A program made the translations under genes and the position numbers. This document shows positions 21,423-30,257 of a stretch of DNA of 55,334 nucleotides, piece by piece; the first letter of the stretch is position 1; each line of letters opens with the position of its first letter. Location: sequence record SRR22947725_2388; one strand, written 5' to 3'. The notes beneath the pieces are model-generated. The model was not told the origin of the DNA. It saw nothing but the letters and a program-made list of their open reading frames with translations, and searched no databases.

Positions 21423-22864
21423 TTCCCGAGGCAATAAAGCGTTTGGCTCGTTCTCATATACAGCCTGTTCTCAACGATCGCAGGTGTCGCCATGATTGTT
21501 TCTTCGAAATCAATTTGAAACATGATATTGAGTTCCGGATTACCTGCTTCGATAACGCTGACAACGCCTGATTGAGCCGCTACGAGAATTTGTTTTCCAG
21601 CTGCAACAGGGGATGCGTAATAGTCGCCCAAGGCCCCAAGTCTTTCTTCGCGATAGATAACTTTACCCGTCGTTGCGTTCATGCATGAAATCATTCCTCC
21701 ATTTTTAACGAGATAAACATGGCCTTGATAAGCGAGTGGCGAAGGAACGTAGGGAAGTCCGCGAGTTTGTTTCCATGACAAGGTTGGAGGGCTTTTGAGT
21801 GATGGGCCAGGTTTAAGAGCCAAAAGTGCATTTTCACTTTTGCTGAAGATATCCGACATCGTTTCCCACTCCTTTCGAACAATCTTTCCATCCTTGTCTG
21901 CATCGATGTAAGGGAAGTGCATGCGCGCAGGCCCTGTGGCTTCAGAGCGCGCAATAGATGCATCTTTGTTTTCATCGTTTTCAAGAAGTTCATCAAAATT
22001 GGGGATTCTTGAAACACCCGCCCCCATGGTCCACCCAGAGACGTATAGATGCTGATCATCAAACGCGGGGGATGCGACTGTTTCATTTGGCAAACCTCCA
22101 ACTTCCCATGCGAGTTCCCCGTTTGAGATATGGTAGGCACACACGCGCAAGGTCCCGGAAGTGATGACAAGTTCGGGTTTTTCTGAAGGCCATGCTATGG
22201 GGGTGGAAAACCCTCGCCGAAAACCGGGCCGGGGTGTTTTCCAAACTTGTTTGCCGGATGCCGCATCTACGCAGAGAAGGTGGGAGCTGATATCCTGATC
22301 AACCTGTAAAAAGAGACGTCCCTCTGCCAGCACTGGGGAAGATGAAGCGCCGTGTTGGGTCACTGGGACAGGAAGAGGGAGTCTCCATTGCTCATTCCCT
22401 TCCATATCGTAGGAGAGCAAGCCATAAGACCCAAAGTATACAAACACAGATCTGCCATCTGTCGTCGGTGTCGAATTGGCTGGTGTTCCGTTGCGGTGAC
22501 CTCTTTCGATCTTCGTGGGCGGGATAGATTTTTTCCACAGTAGAGATCCATCATGTCGATTCAATACCTGTGTAGTGAGTTGATCGGATTCGTAGGTGGT
22601 CACCAAAAGTAGATCTCCCCAGATGCTGGGTGAGGAATGGCCTGGGGCGATATTCTTTTTCCAAATAACGGAACGATCAGGTCCGAACGGGATCGGAAGC
22701 GAACTGCCCGGAGCTCGGCCTTGACCATGTGGTCCCCTAAATTGAGGCCAATGGGCACTCTCAGACTGGAGAGCCATGACAGAATGAAACAGCAATGCAG
22801 TCCACAAAACCGATACCATTAACAAATTCGAAGGAACACGATGAATGGTATTTCTACAGGGCAT
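21419..22864 (-). CDS. PQQ-like (BamB-type) beta-propeller protein with EF-hand insert
   Basis: 'WPQFRGP.G.G', 'GHSSPSIWGD', 'G...WK' repeats, 'YASPV', 'ATPAI'. EF-hand-like loops DENKDASIARSE and DADKDGKIVRKE. Confidence 0.87.
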   Translation of the reverse strand: MPCRNTIHRVPSNLLMVSVLWTALLFHSVMALQSESAHWPQFRGPHGQGRAPGSSLPIPFGPDRSVIWKKNIAPGHSSPSIWGDLLLVTTYESDQLTTQVLNRHDGSLLWKKSIPPTKIERGHRNGTPANSTPTTDGRSVFVYFGSYGLLSYDMEGNEQWRLPLPVPVTQHGASSSPVLAEGRLFLQVDQDISSHLLCVDAASGKQVWKTPRPGFRRGFSTPIAWPSEKPELVITSGTLRVCAYHISNGELAWEVGGLPNETVASPAFDDQHLYVSGWTMGAGVSRIPNFDELLENDENKDASIARSEATGPARMHFPYIDADKDGKIVRKEWETMSDIFSKSENALLALKPGPSLKSPPTLSWKQTRGLPYVPSPLAYQGHVYLVKNGGMISCMNATTGKVIYREERLGALGDYYASPVAAGKQILVAAQSGVVSVIEAGNPELNIMFQIDFEETIMATPAIVENRLYMRTSQTLYCLGK

Positions 22865-22876
22865 GCTTGAATTATT

Positions 22877-24115
22877 TCATGGAGCAGTTTTTGTGTCTGC
22901 CGTCGTGTTGGCCCCACCTTTACCATCTTTTGTTTGTCCCAGGATTTTTGGCAGGTAAATTCCGGCGATCACACCTGCCACCAAGGCGACAGCTCCAAAC
23001 ACCCAGTAGGGAAGGGGAGTATGCATACCATACAAAGTCAGTGCGACCGGAGGCCCGATGATCCGCGCCATGGCAGATGCTCCTTGAGAGACACCTAGAT
23101 TGGTTCCCTGCTCATTGTCTGGTGAAACCATGGAAATAAGACCAGTTAAAGGCGCACGATTGATACCTGAGAAAATAGCATAAACAGTCAGTGAAACCAG
23201 AATCCAAACGACATTCTGTTTCAGTGGAATCATGAAGAAACTCAGAGTCAGGCCGAAAAAACTGGCAAAGATCAAGGGTTTTTCGCCGAACCGATTCACC
23301 AGTTTACCGATAGCTCCTCCCTGCACGCCTGCCGCAATAAATCCGGAATAGGCCAGGAAGTAGTAACATTGAGAAAGCTCATACCCAAAATAACTACTGA
23401 TCAGCAGAGGCAAGGTACTTTCGAAACATGTGAAACAAAGTGTGGCCAAGAAAACAAGCAGGACAAGCAATCTCAACTTGGGTTGTCCCAAAGTATGCAT
23501 CCACTGCTGAAATTGAGCACGTTTGACTGCGGGTTTGGCATCCTTGCTTTTACTCTCCGTAAGTATGAAGCAGGCTGCGATAAAGTTAATCAGGCAGATG
23601 CCTGCTGCGACCCAGCCTGGACCGGATATCCCCAGAAATGCTGCGCTCAATCCTCCAATGATCGGGCCGAAGACAAAGCCCATACCAAAGCCAAGTCCGA
23701 TGACAAGCCCTACACCTCGAGATCGTTTTTCAGGTGGCGTGATGTCAGCAACATACGCAGATGCAACAGAGAGGTTTGCACCGAACACACCTGCCAACAT
23801 TCTCGAAACGAGTAGTATGATCAAGCCATAGGTTCCGGTTTGAAGACTTGCATAACCAAAAACGGCATACGAAATCGTCGAGCCGGCCGTACTCAACAAA
23901 ATGATGGGGCGGCGTCCTATTCTATCCGAAAGCTTGCCCCACACCGGTGCAAAGAAAAACTGCATCAGGTTGTAGGAAGCAATGATGCACCCGATCATGA
24001 ATCCGGAAGCTTTAAACTGTTCTGCATAAATGGGTAGTAATGGCAGAACGATGCCAAAACCCACCAGGTCTACGAAAACAATCAGAAAGATGATTAGTAA
24101 TGTTGGTTTTTTCAT
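22877..24115 (-). CDS. MFS transporter, DHA1/TetA-like family
   Basis: 'DLVGFGIVLPLLP', motif A 'GKLSDRIGRRP', motif C-like 'GFVFGPIIGG', about 12 TMs. Start reassigned to MKKP. Confidence 0.93.
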   Translation of the reverse strand: MKKPTLLIIFLIVFVDLVGFGIVLPLLPIYAEQFKASGFMIGCIIASYNLMQFFFAPVWGKLSDRIGRRPIILLSTAGSTISYAVFGYASLQTGTYGLIILLVSRMLAGVFGANLSVASAYVADITPPEKRSRGVGLVIGLGFGMGFVFGPIIGGLSAAFLGISGPGWVAAGICLINFIAACFILTESKSKDAKPAVKRAQFQQWMHTLGQPKLRLLVLLVFLATLCFTCFESTLPLLISSYFGYELSQCYYFLAYSGFIAAGVQGGAIGKLVNRFGEKPLIFASFFGLTLSFFMIPLKQNVVWILVSLTVYAIFSGINRAPLTGLISMVSPDNEQGTNLGVSQGASAMARIIGPPVALTLYGMHTPLPYWVFGAVALVAGVIAGIYLPKILGQTKDGKGGANTTADTKTAP

Positions 24116-24510
24116 TCGGATTTCCAATGATTTGGCGCAAAAGGTAACCGCTAGCCTATAGAGGGTCAAAGGAGAAAATTTTAAAAAGCATGGAATGATG
24201 CACACATTGACTCATTCTCCCAAAGAATTCGCGGGGGCGGTATTTTCAAGTTTTCATGGGGACATTGAAGATGAGTCGAGTTGTTTGGTCATTTCATGTC
24301 TTTCCTCCCAGGAAAATTGGACCATCTTCGATCTGCGCTGTGCCTATCGTAAAGGTGGCTGATACATAAACTTTCCAAGATGAACTACCTCCATTCGAGC
24401 CCAGTCAGAGTACGCGCGGAGGCTCCGCAACTGCCCTTCTGAGCCAAGGTTTCGATTTGACTGCGTGCGGTGATTCGGTTCGAATAGCATGTAGATCAAC
24501 ACGAAAGCTT

Positions 24511-25392
24511 ATGATAAATCAAAAACTCTCCCGTCGTGGTGCATTGAAGTCTCTGACCGCAACTGGCATGGCAGTCGCCGCAAGCTCAAATATTGCGTCG
24601 CAACTGGAAGCTGCCAACATCAAGCCAGTCAAACTCAAGGGCAATGTGAATCATTCCGTTTGTAAATGGTGTTATTCCAAATTGAGTTTGGAAGAACTTG
24701 CAGAAGCGGCTTCAGAGTTTGGCATGCATTCCATTGACCTACTCACACCGGATCAGTTTCCGATCATTAAAAAATACGGTCTTGCCTGCGCGATGTCCAA
24801 CGGTCCGGGAGGTATTACCAAAGGTTTTAACAGAATTGAGCATCATGCCCAACTGATCGAAGGTTTTGAACGCATGATTCCTCAAGTTGCAGCGGCAGGG
24901 TTCCCCAATATTATTTGTTTCTCCGGCAATCGTGATGGATTGGACGATGATGAGGGTCTTGAAAACTGTGCCATTGGACTTGAGAAAGTCATGAAGACTG
25001 CCGAAAAATTCAAGGTAACCGTCTGCATGGAATTGTTGAACAGCAAAGTCGATCACAAGGATTATCAGTGTGACCACACCGAGTGGGGGGTGGCATTGGC
25101 GAAACGCATTGGTTCTGACAAATTTAAATTGCTTTATGATATCTATCACATGCAGATCATGGAAGGGGACGTGATCCGGAATATTCGCGAGTTTCATCCT
25201 TACATTGGACATTATCACACTGGCGGTAATCCCGGGCGTAACGAGATCGACGAGACTCAGGAACTCAACTACCCGGCCATTTGTAAGGCCATTGTCGAAA
25301 CAGGTTTCAGTGGCTACATTGCGCAGGAGTTCATTCCCGTAAGGCATCCGCTGGGAAGCTTGTATGAAGCCGTACGCACTTGCGATGTCTGA
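24511..25392 (+). CDS. Hydroxypyruvate isomerase-family TIM-barrel protein, Tat-exported
   Basis: Tat-like SRRGALK, plus 'MELLNSKVDH', 'LYDIYHMQIMEGD', 'HYHTGGNPGRNE', 'QEFIP'. Confidence 0.9.
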   Translation: MINQKLSRRGALKSLTATGMAVAASSNIASQLEAANIKPVKLKGNVNHSVCKWCYSKLSLEELAEAASEFGMHSIDLLTPDQFPIIKKYGLACAMSNGPGGITKGFNRIEHHAQLIEGFERMIPQVAAAGFPNIICFSGNRDGLDDDEGLENCAIGLEKVMKTAEKFKVTVCMELLNSKVDHKDYQCDHTEWGVALAKRIGSDKFKLLYDIYHMQIMEGDVIRNIREFHPYIGHYHTGGNPGRNEIDETQELNYPAICKAIVETGFSGYIAQEFIPVRHPLGSLYEAVRTCDV

Positions 25393-26500
25393 GGGTTTCA
25401 GGAGATCGATACAATTCAGATTCAAGGGCTGGATACTCTCAACGGTAATCATTTGCCTGCTGGGGGTGTCCTTTCTCTTATACAACGCTGAACCCAGGTA
25501 CGGAGGGCGGCGAATATCAACGTGGATGACGCTTTATTCAGAGGATCTTTCCCTGAATTCTGCTCAATCAGCCATTTATGCCATGGGTGCAGATGCGGTT
25601 CCGCATCTGGTCGCTCGTTTGAAAGTTCGTAATGATCTCCTAGCTCGAATATACGAAAGGAGTCCAGTTGTTTCCGGACTGATGGATCGCCTATTTCAAA
25701 GCGGTCAAAGATTTCGTAGCGTTCACCCTCAGGCAATGGTTGCTGAAGATTTGCTGATACATGCTCCCAAGGATTGGGATTCAAGGATTGAGGAATCCAT
25801 GATTGAAATGCTGTCTCAGGGGAATAGCACAGACCAGATCACTGCATTCAGGGTGCTTCATGCATTTAATCCAGATCCCAAGCGGCTCCTTCCTGTCTTG
25901 AGACTTATCCTTCAAAAACAACAGCAGGAAACTTCAAAGGCGGCGCTTGAGTTTATTCGCAGAAAGAAAATAGACGCCAAACCTTTGGAAGATGAAGTGA
26001 TTGCCCTTTTTCAACACAAAGACCCAACTCTTCAAGATAAAGCCTTGATTGTTGCCAGCTTTTCGAAATTGGATGTCAAAAAATCCATGCCATTCTTGAA
26101 ACCCCTTCTGGACAGTATGCCGGGCAGCCACAAAAAACGCATGGCCATGCAACTTCTGTCCAGTATCGCACTGCCTGTTCCTGAGCATATTTCATATTTG
26201 GAAACTGGATTGGATGACCCTTCGGACGAAGTTCGCAGGTATGCCGTTCTAGGTTTGGGAGGTTTAGGTCATGATGCACTCGATAGTCTGGGGGCGATGC
26301 TTAAGCTCCTCGCTGATGAAGATTTTGGTGTTCGCATGACAGCGGCAGACGCCATTGGTGATTTGGGGCCTGGTGCCACCAAGGCCATTCCTGAACTGAT
26401 TCGGACTTTGAACAATGATTTTTCAGGTGTCGGTCAGCATTGTCGTCGTGCCATCGAAAAAATAGACCCTGAGCAGGCAAAAAACATCATGATTCGTTGA
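25385..26500 (+). CDS. Membrane-anchored HEAT-repeat protein
   Basis: N-terminal TM, then 'EPRYGGRRISTW' and HEAT repeats 'LDDPSDEVRRYAVLGLG', 'LADEDFGVRMTAADAIG'. Alternative start at 25364. Confidence 0.85.
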   Translation: MSEGFRRSIQFRFKGWILSTVIICLLGVSFLLYNAEPRYGGRRISTWMTLYSEDLSLNSAQSAIYAMGADAVPHLVARLKVRNDLLARIYERSPVVSGLMDRLFQSGQRFRSVHPQAMVAEDLLIHAPKDWDSRIEESMIEMLSQGNSTDQITAFRVLHAFNPDPKRLLPVLRLILQKQQQETSKAALEFIRRKKIDAKPLEDEVIALFQHKDPTLQDKALIVASFSKLDVKKSMPFLKPLLDSMPGSHKKRMAMQLLSSIALPVPEHISYLETGLDDPSDEVRRYAVLGLGGLGHDALDSLGAMLKLLADEDFGVRMTAADAIGDLGPGATKAIPELIRTLNNDFSGVGQHCRRAIEKIDPEQAKNIMIR

Positions 26501-26555
26501 AAACTTGAATGTCCCCTCTTGACGAAATGAAAAAGTACACTTTACTTCATCACTC

Positions 26556-28406
26556 ATGAGTCAAAAAACGGAAAAACATGAATTTCAGGCGGAAATCCAG
26601 CAATTGTTGGATATTGTTATTCATTCCCTGTACACGGATAAGGAAATCTTTATTCGAGAATTGATCTCCAATGCATCGGATGCCTGTGAGAAATTGCGAT
26701 TTCACCAGACATCAGGCAAATCAATCCACGAGCCTGATGTTGAATTAAAGATCAGCATCGCGACCGACGACAATGCCAATACCATTACCATCACAGACAC
26801 GGGTATCGGGATGACTCGTGATGAGTTGGTAGAGAATCTGGGAACGATTGCGCACTCTGGATCCAAAGTATTCCTCAAGCAGATAGCCGAAGGAAAAGAG
26901 AAATCCAATGCCAATTTGATCGGTCAATTTGGAGTAGGTTTTTACTCTGCATTCATGGTAGCAGAGGAAGTCAAAGTGCACACGCGTTCCTGTGATGCGG
27001 ATAAACCAGGGCATACATGGATTTCAAAGGGGGCGGGAACATACGAGATCGAAGAAACGCCGGATTGCCCCCGGGGAACCAGAATATTCATCAAGCTCAA
27101 AGAGGATGATAAAGATTTCGCTCAAAAAACCCGTGTGGAATCCATCATTAAACAATATTCCAACTTTGTTACCTTTCCCATCGAATTGAACGGTGAAGTG
27201 GTTAACAAGGTCAGTGCCATCTGGACCCGTAGCAAGAGCGAGGTCAAAGAAGAGGAATACAAGGAGTTTTACCATTACATTGGGCATGATCATGAGGACC
27301 CGTTGACACGACTTCATTTTTCCGCTGATGCACCACTGGCGATCCAATCACTCGTTTATGTGCCGGCTAAGAACATGGAGAATCTGGGGATTTCCCGAAG
27401 TGAGAGCGAAGTCCACCTTTACTGCCGAAAAGTTTTAATTCAATCCAAAGCTGAAGGACTTTTCCCTGAATGGCTTCGATTCCTGAAAGGTGTTGTGGAC
27501 AGTGAAGACCTGCCATTGAACATTTCTCGCGAAACGATGCAGGACAGTGCATTGATGCAGAAACTCAACAAAGTGTTGACCACTCGCTTCCTCAAGCACC
27601 TTGATGAATTGAGCCGTAAAGATTCTGAAAGTTTTTATAAGATTTACGATCAATATCACAAATTCCTCAAGGAAGGTGTCGCTACAGACTTCACGCATCG
27701 CGATAATCTTGCGAAACTGTTGCGGTTCGAATCCAGTACTCAGGATAAAGACGCGAGGACATCGCTCAAAGATTATATTGAACGCATGCCTGAAGGTCAG
27801 AATGAGATTTACTTTCTTCTTGCTTCCGGGCGTGATGCTGCTGAACAGAGTCCTTATCTGGAAGTGTTCAAGGCCAAGAAATATGAAGTGCTTTTCCTTT
27901 ATGATCCTATCGATGAAGTAGTGATGGATCACTTGGGGCAATTCGAAGAAAAAAGCCTTACCTCAGCCGAAAAAGCTGATCTCAAGATCGAGGATGAAGA
28001 TAAGAAGACCGAGCAACTTTCAGATGAAGATGCTGAAGCTCTGGCCAAATGGGCTAAGGATAAATTAGGTGATAAAGTGGAATCTGTTCGCATTTCAACA
28101 CGACTTGTCAACAGTCCCGCTGTTGTGCTTGATAGCGACAAAACAATGACTGCCGGGATGCGTCGTATGATGAAATCGATGAATCAGGACCTGGGACCGG
28201 TGAAGGTTGACATGGAACTCAATCCTCGGCATGCGATTGTATCTCAGCTCCATGCCATGAAATCATCGAATGAAATCCTTGCTACCAAAGTCGCCGAGCA
28301 ACTATACGACAACGCCCGTCTGGCTGCTGGTATGGTGGAAGATCCCAAGACCATGGTCAATCAGTTGAACCAATTGCTGGAACAGGTGCTCACCGCCAGC
28401 AAATGA
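26556..28406 (+). CDS. htpG: Molecular chaperone HtpG (Hsp90)
   Basis: 'KEIFIRELISNASDA', 'DTGIGM', 'LGTIAHSG', 'IGQFGVGFYSAF', 'DLPLNISRE'. Confidence 0.98.
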   Translation: MSQKTEKHEFQAEIQQLLDIVIHSLYTDKEIFIRELISNASDACEKLRFHQTSGKSIHEPDVELKISIATDDNANTITITDTGIGMTRDELVENLGTIAHSGSKVFLKQIAEGKEKSNANLIGQFGVGFYSAFMVAEEVKVHTRSCDADKPGHTWISKGAGTYEIEETPDCPRGTRIFIKLKEDDKDFAQKTRVESIIKQYSNFVTFPIELNGEVVNKVSAIWTRSKSEVKEEEYKEFYHYIGHDHEDPLTRLHFSADAPLAIQSLVYVPAKNMENLGISRSESEVHLYCRKVLIQSKAEGLFPEWLRFLKGVVDSEDLPLNISRETMQDSALMQKLNKVLTTRFLKHLDELSRKDSESFYKIYDQYHKFLKEGVATDFTHRDNLAKLLRFESSTQDKDARTSLKDYIERMPEGQNEIYFLLASGRDAAEQSPYLEVFKAKKYEVLFLYDPIDEVVMDHLGQFEEKSLTSAEKADLKIEDEDKKTEQLSDEDAEALAKWAKDKLGDKVESVRISTRLVNSPAVVLDSDKTMTAGMRRMMKSMNQDLGPVKVDMELNPRHAIVSQLHAMKSSNEILATKVAEQLYDNARLAAGMVEDPKTMVNQLNQLLEQVLTASK

Positions 28407-28466
28407 CACGATCAGGAAAGCACCTCTGAAACTGTTCTGCTGTTCAAGTGTGCTATTTTGTTACAT

Positions 28467-28509
28467 AAGAAAAGCCCCTGTGCCAATCAAGGCTCAGGGG
28501 CTTTTTCTT
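28467..28509. terminator. Bidirectional intrinsic terminator between htpG and the PPIase gene
   Basis: AAAAGCCCCTGTGCC-aatcaa-GGCTCAGGGGCTTTT, with A and T tracts on either side, between convergent genes. Confidence 0.85.
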
Positions 28510-28519
28510 AATTTTAAAA

Positions 28520-29383
28520 TCACTCTTTCTTTTCCAGACGAATAGACTCGATCACCACAGGTGTGCTAGTTTTGCCGGAAGCATCAGTTTCCAGTTTGCT
28601 GATCTTATCGACTACATCCATGCCCTCGATCACCTTGCCAAACACGGTGTGTTTACCGGTCAAATGCGGTGTGTCCGCAACATTGATGAAAAACTGCGAA
28701 CCATTGGTGTTTGGACCCGAATTTGCCATTGCAATCACTCCCCTCAAAGGCTTTTTCGGGGTGAGATCCTTTTCGAACACATATCCCTGGTTTGTGTAAA
28801 CATCCTGCAGTGACATGGCGTTGACCGTCTTCTGAATCTCTTCCATTTTGGCTTTGAATTCTTCTTCAGACTTGATTCCCATTTTTTGAAGTGCCGGTCC
28901 CAGCACAAGGCGCTGGAAATCTTCTTGTGAGCGGACCAACAGCCAAGGGTGTGTTTGTCCTTCCTTGATGGCTTTCAATTCACTCAATCCAAGTCCGACA
29001 GCATTGACTTCGTCTTTAAACTGATATCCTGGTCCAGCTGTGCCTGTGCCGAGAGGACATCCTCCCTGGATCATGAAATCCTTAATGACACGATGGAATG
29101 TGAGTCCATCATAAAACGGTTTTGTTACTTCTTCTCCTGATTTGGCATCCTTGAAGGCTTTGCGTCCTTCAGCCAGATCGATGAAATTCTTCACAGTCTC
29201 AGGGGCTGCATCCGGCCAGAGTTCCAGTCGAACACTGCCTTCGGATGTTGTTACGATGGCGACCGGTTGTTGGGTCGATGTGGTTTTTTCTGCGGCTTGC
29301 GATGTCATAAATGAACTGGAGGTGAACAGAGTCACTGTCGCCATGGTGGCGATTCCTTTTTGTAATAAGTGGGTAATATTCAT
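28520..29383 (-). CDS. Cyclophilin-type peptidyl-prolyl isomerase, exported, with large insertion
   Basis: 'APETVKNF', 'FHRVIKDFMIQGG', 'AMANSGPNTNGSQFFI', 'HLTGKHTVFGKV'. Signal peptide (..SQA|A). Confidence 0.95.
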   Translation of the reverse strand: MNITHLLQKGIATMATVTLFTSSSFMTSQAAEKTTSTQQPVAIVTTSEGSVRLELWPDAAPETVKNFIDLAEGRKAFKDAKSGEEVTKPFYDGLTFHRVIKDFMIQGGCPLGTGTAGPGYQFKDEVNAVGLGLSELKAIKEGQTHPWLLVRSQEDFQRLVLGPALQKMGIKSEEEFKAKMEEIQKTVNAMSLQDVYTNQGYVFEKDLTPKKPLRGVIAMANSGPNTNGSQFFINVADTPHLTGKHTVFGKVIEGMDVVDKISKLETDASGKTSTPVVIESIRLEKKE

Positions 29384-29413
29384 GCCTAAATTCTCATACT
29401 AGTATCTAACCGA

Positions 29414-30202
29414 TTAATTGGAAGCTTTCTTGAAGAAAAGTAAGTGTTGTCTCGGTAATCCCTCGAAACTTCTAACCCATTCAAATCCTTGGTAGGTTGC
29501 TTCCTTCTGAACCTGTTTCTTGGACATTTTATGCAGCAATTTGATGGGCACACGAGGATCTTCCAATCGGTATTCTACCCATACCACTATGCCATCCGGT
29601 TTCAATGCTTCGCGGATGGCGGTCATCATTTCATGAGGGTATGAAAACTCATGATATACATCCACCATCAAGACCAAATCAACCGAGGCTTCAGGAAGAT
29701 TCGGAACTTTCTCCGTTCCCCTGATCATCTTAACATTCCTGATACCCTCCTGTTCGAGGTTTTGTTTCAGGATACGCAACATTTCTGGTTGGATATCCAC
29801 TGCCAGTACCCTGCCGCTATCGCCAGTCTCGGCTGCAAGACGCCGCGTGAAATAGCCACTGCCGGCGCCTATGTCTGCTATGGTATCTCCGGGCTTGATT
29901 CCAAGCGCCTTGATGAGCAAGTCGGGTCGTTCTTCATATTGCCTTTCCGGACGTTCCAACCAGTCAGCCCCAAGGTGGCCCATCACGTGTGAAATTTCCC
30001 GTCCCTGATACACCTTACCAATCCCATCCCTGCTCGGGCGTGGCATGGAGGTGTAGTGCGCACTCCCTGCTTTCTGGTTTTTCTGAGCCTCAACCGTGGT
30101 CAGAGTAAGCACGAGCGTCAACGCACTCAGAATTGCTTTTAGATGGCATTTCTTCCAAGCCCGGTTACGAGCTTGCCTTGATGGGGGGTAGGTTTGGTTC
30201 AT
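29414..30202 (-). CDS. Class I SAM-dependent methyltransferase with signal-peptide-like N-terminus
   Basis: Motif I 'IADIGAGSGY', 'AVDIQPEM', 'DLVLMVDVYHE', 'LKPDG'. Hydrophobic leader ..TVEA|Q. Confidence 0.9.
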   Translation of the reverse strand: MNQTYPPSRQARNRAWKKCHLKAILSALTLVLTLTTVEAQKNQKAGSAHYTSMPRPSRDGIGKVYQGREISHVMGHLGADWLERPERQYEERPDLLIKALGIKPGDTIADIGAGSGYFTRRLAAETGDSGRVLAVDIQPEMLRILKQNLEQEGIRNVKMIRGTEKVPNLPEASVDLVLMVDVYHEFSYPHEMMTAIREALKPDGIVVWVEYRLEDPRVPIKLLHKMSKKQVQKEATYQGFEWVRSFEGLPRQHLLFFKKASN

Positions 30203-30257
30203 ATGAGTTTGATTCTACTGGACCTCAAAGGGATCAGATTGCAAGTGATGTTTTCGA

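Noticed and set aside
22877-24115. Calling the MFS gene tetA (tetracycline resistance)
   Set aside because: Only family-level similarity, with no tetR or mobile context, so the substrate is unknown.
24460-24495. GGTTCGAAT, resembling a tRNA T-loop
   Set aside because: No T-stem, anticodon arm or acceptor stem can be formed around it.
24739-25485. 248-aa minus-strand ORF
   Set aside because: Antisense shadow of the well-supported Hyi-like gene, with no recognisable motifs.
26500-26555. CIRCE or heat-shock operator before htpG
   Set aside because: No TTAGCACTC-N9-GAGTGCTAA match, and the promoter spacing is unconvincing.
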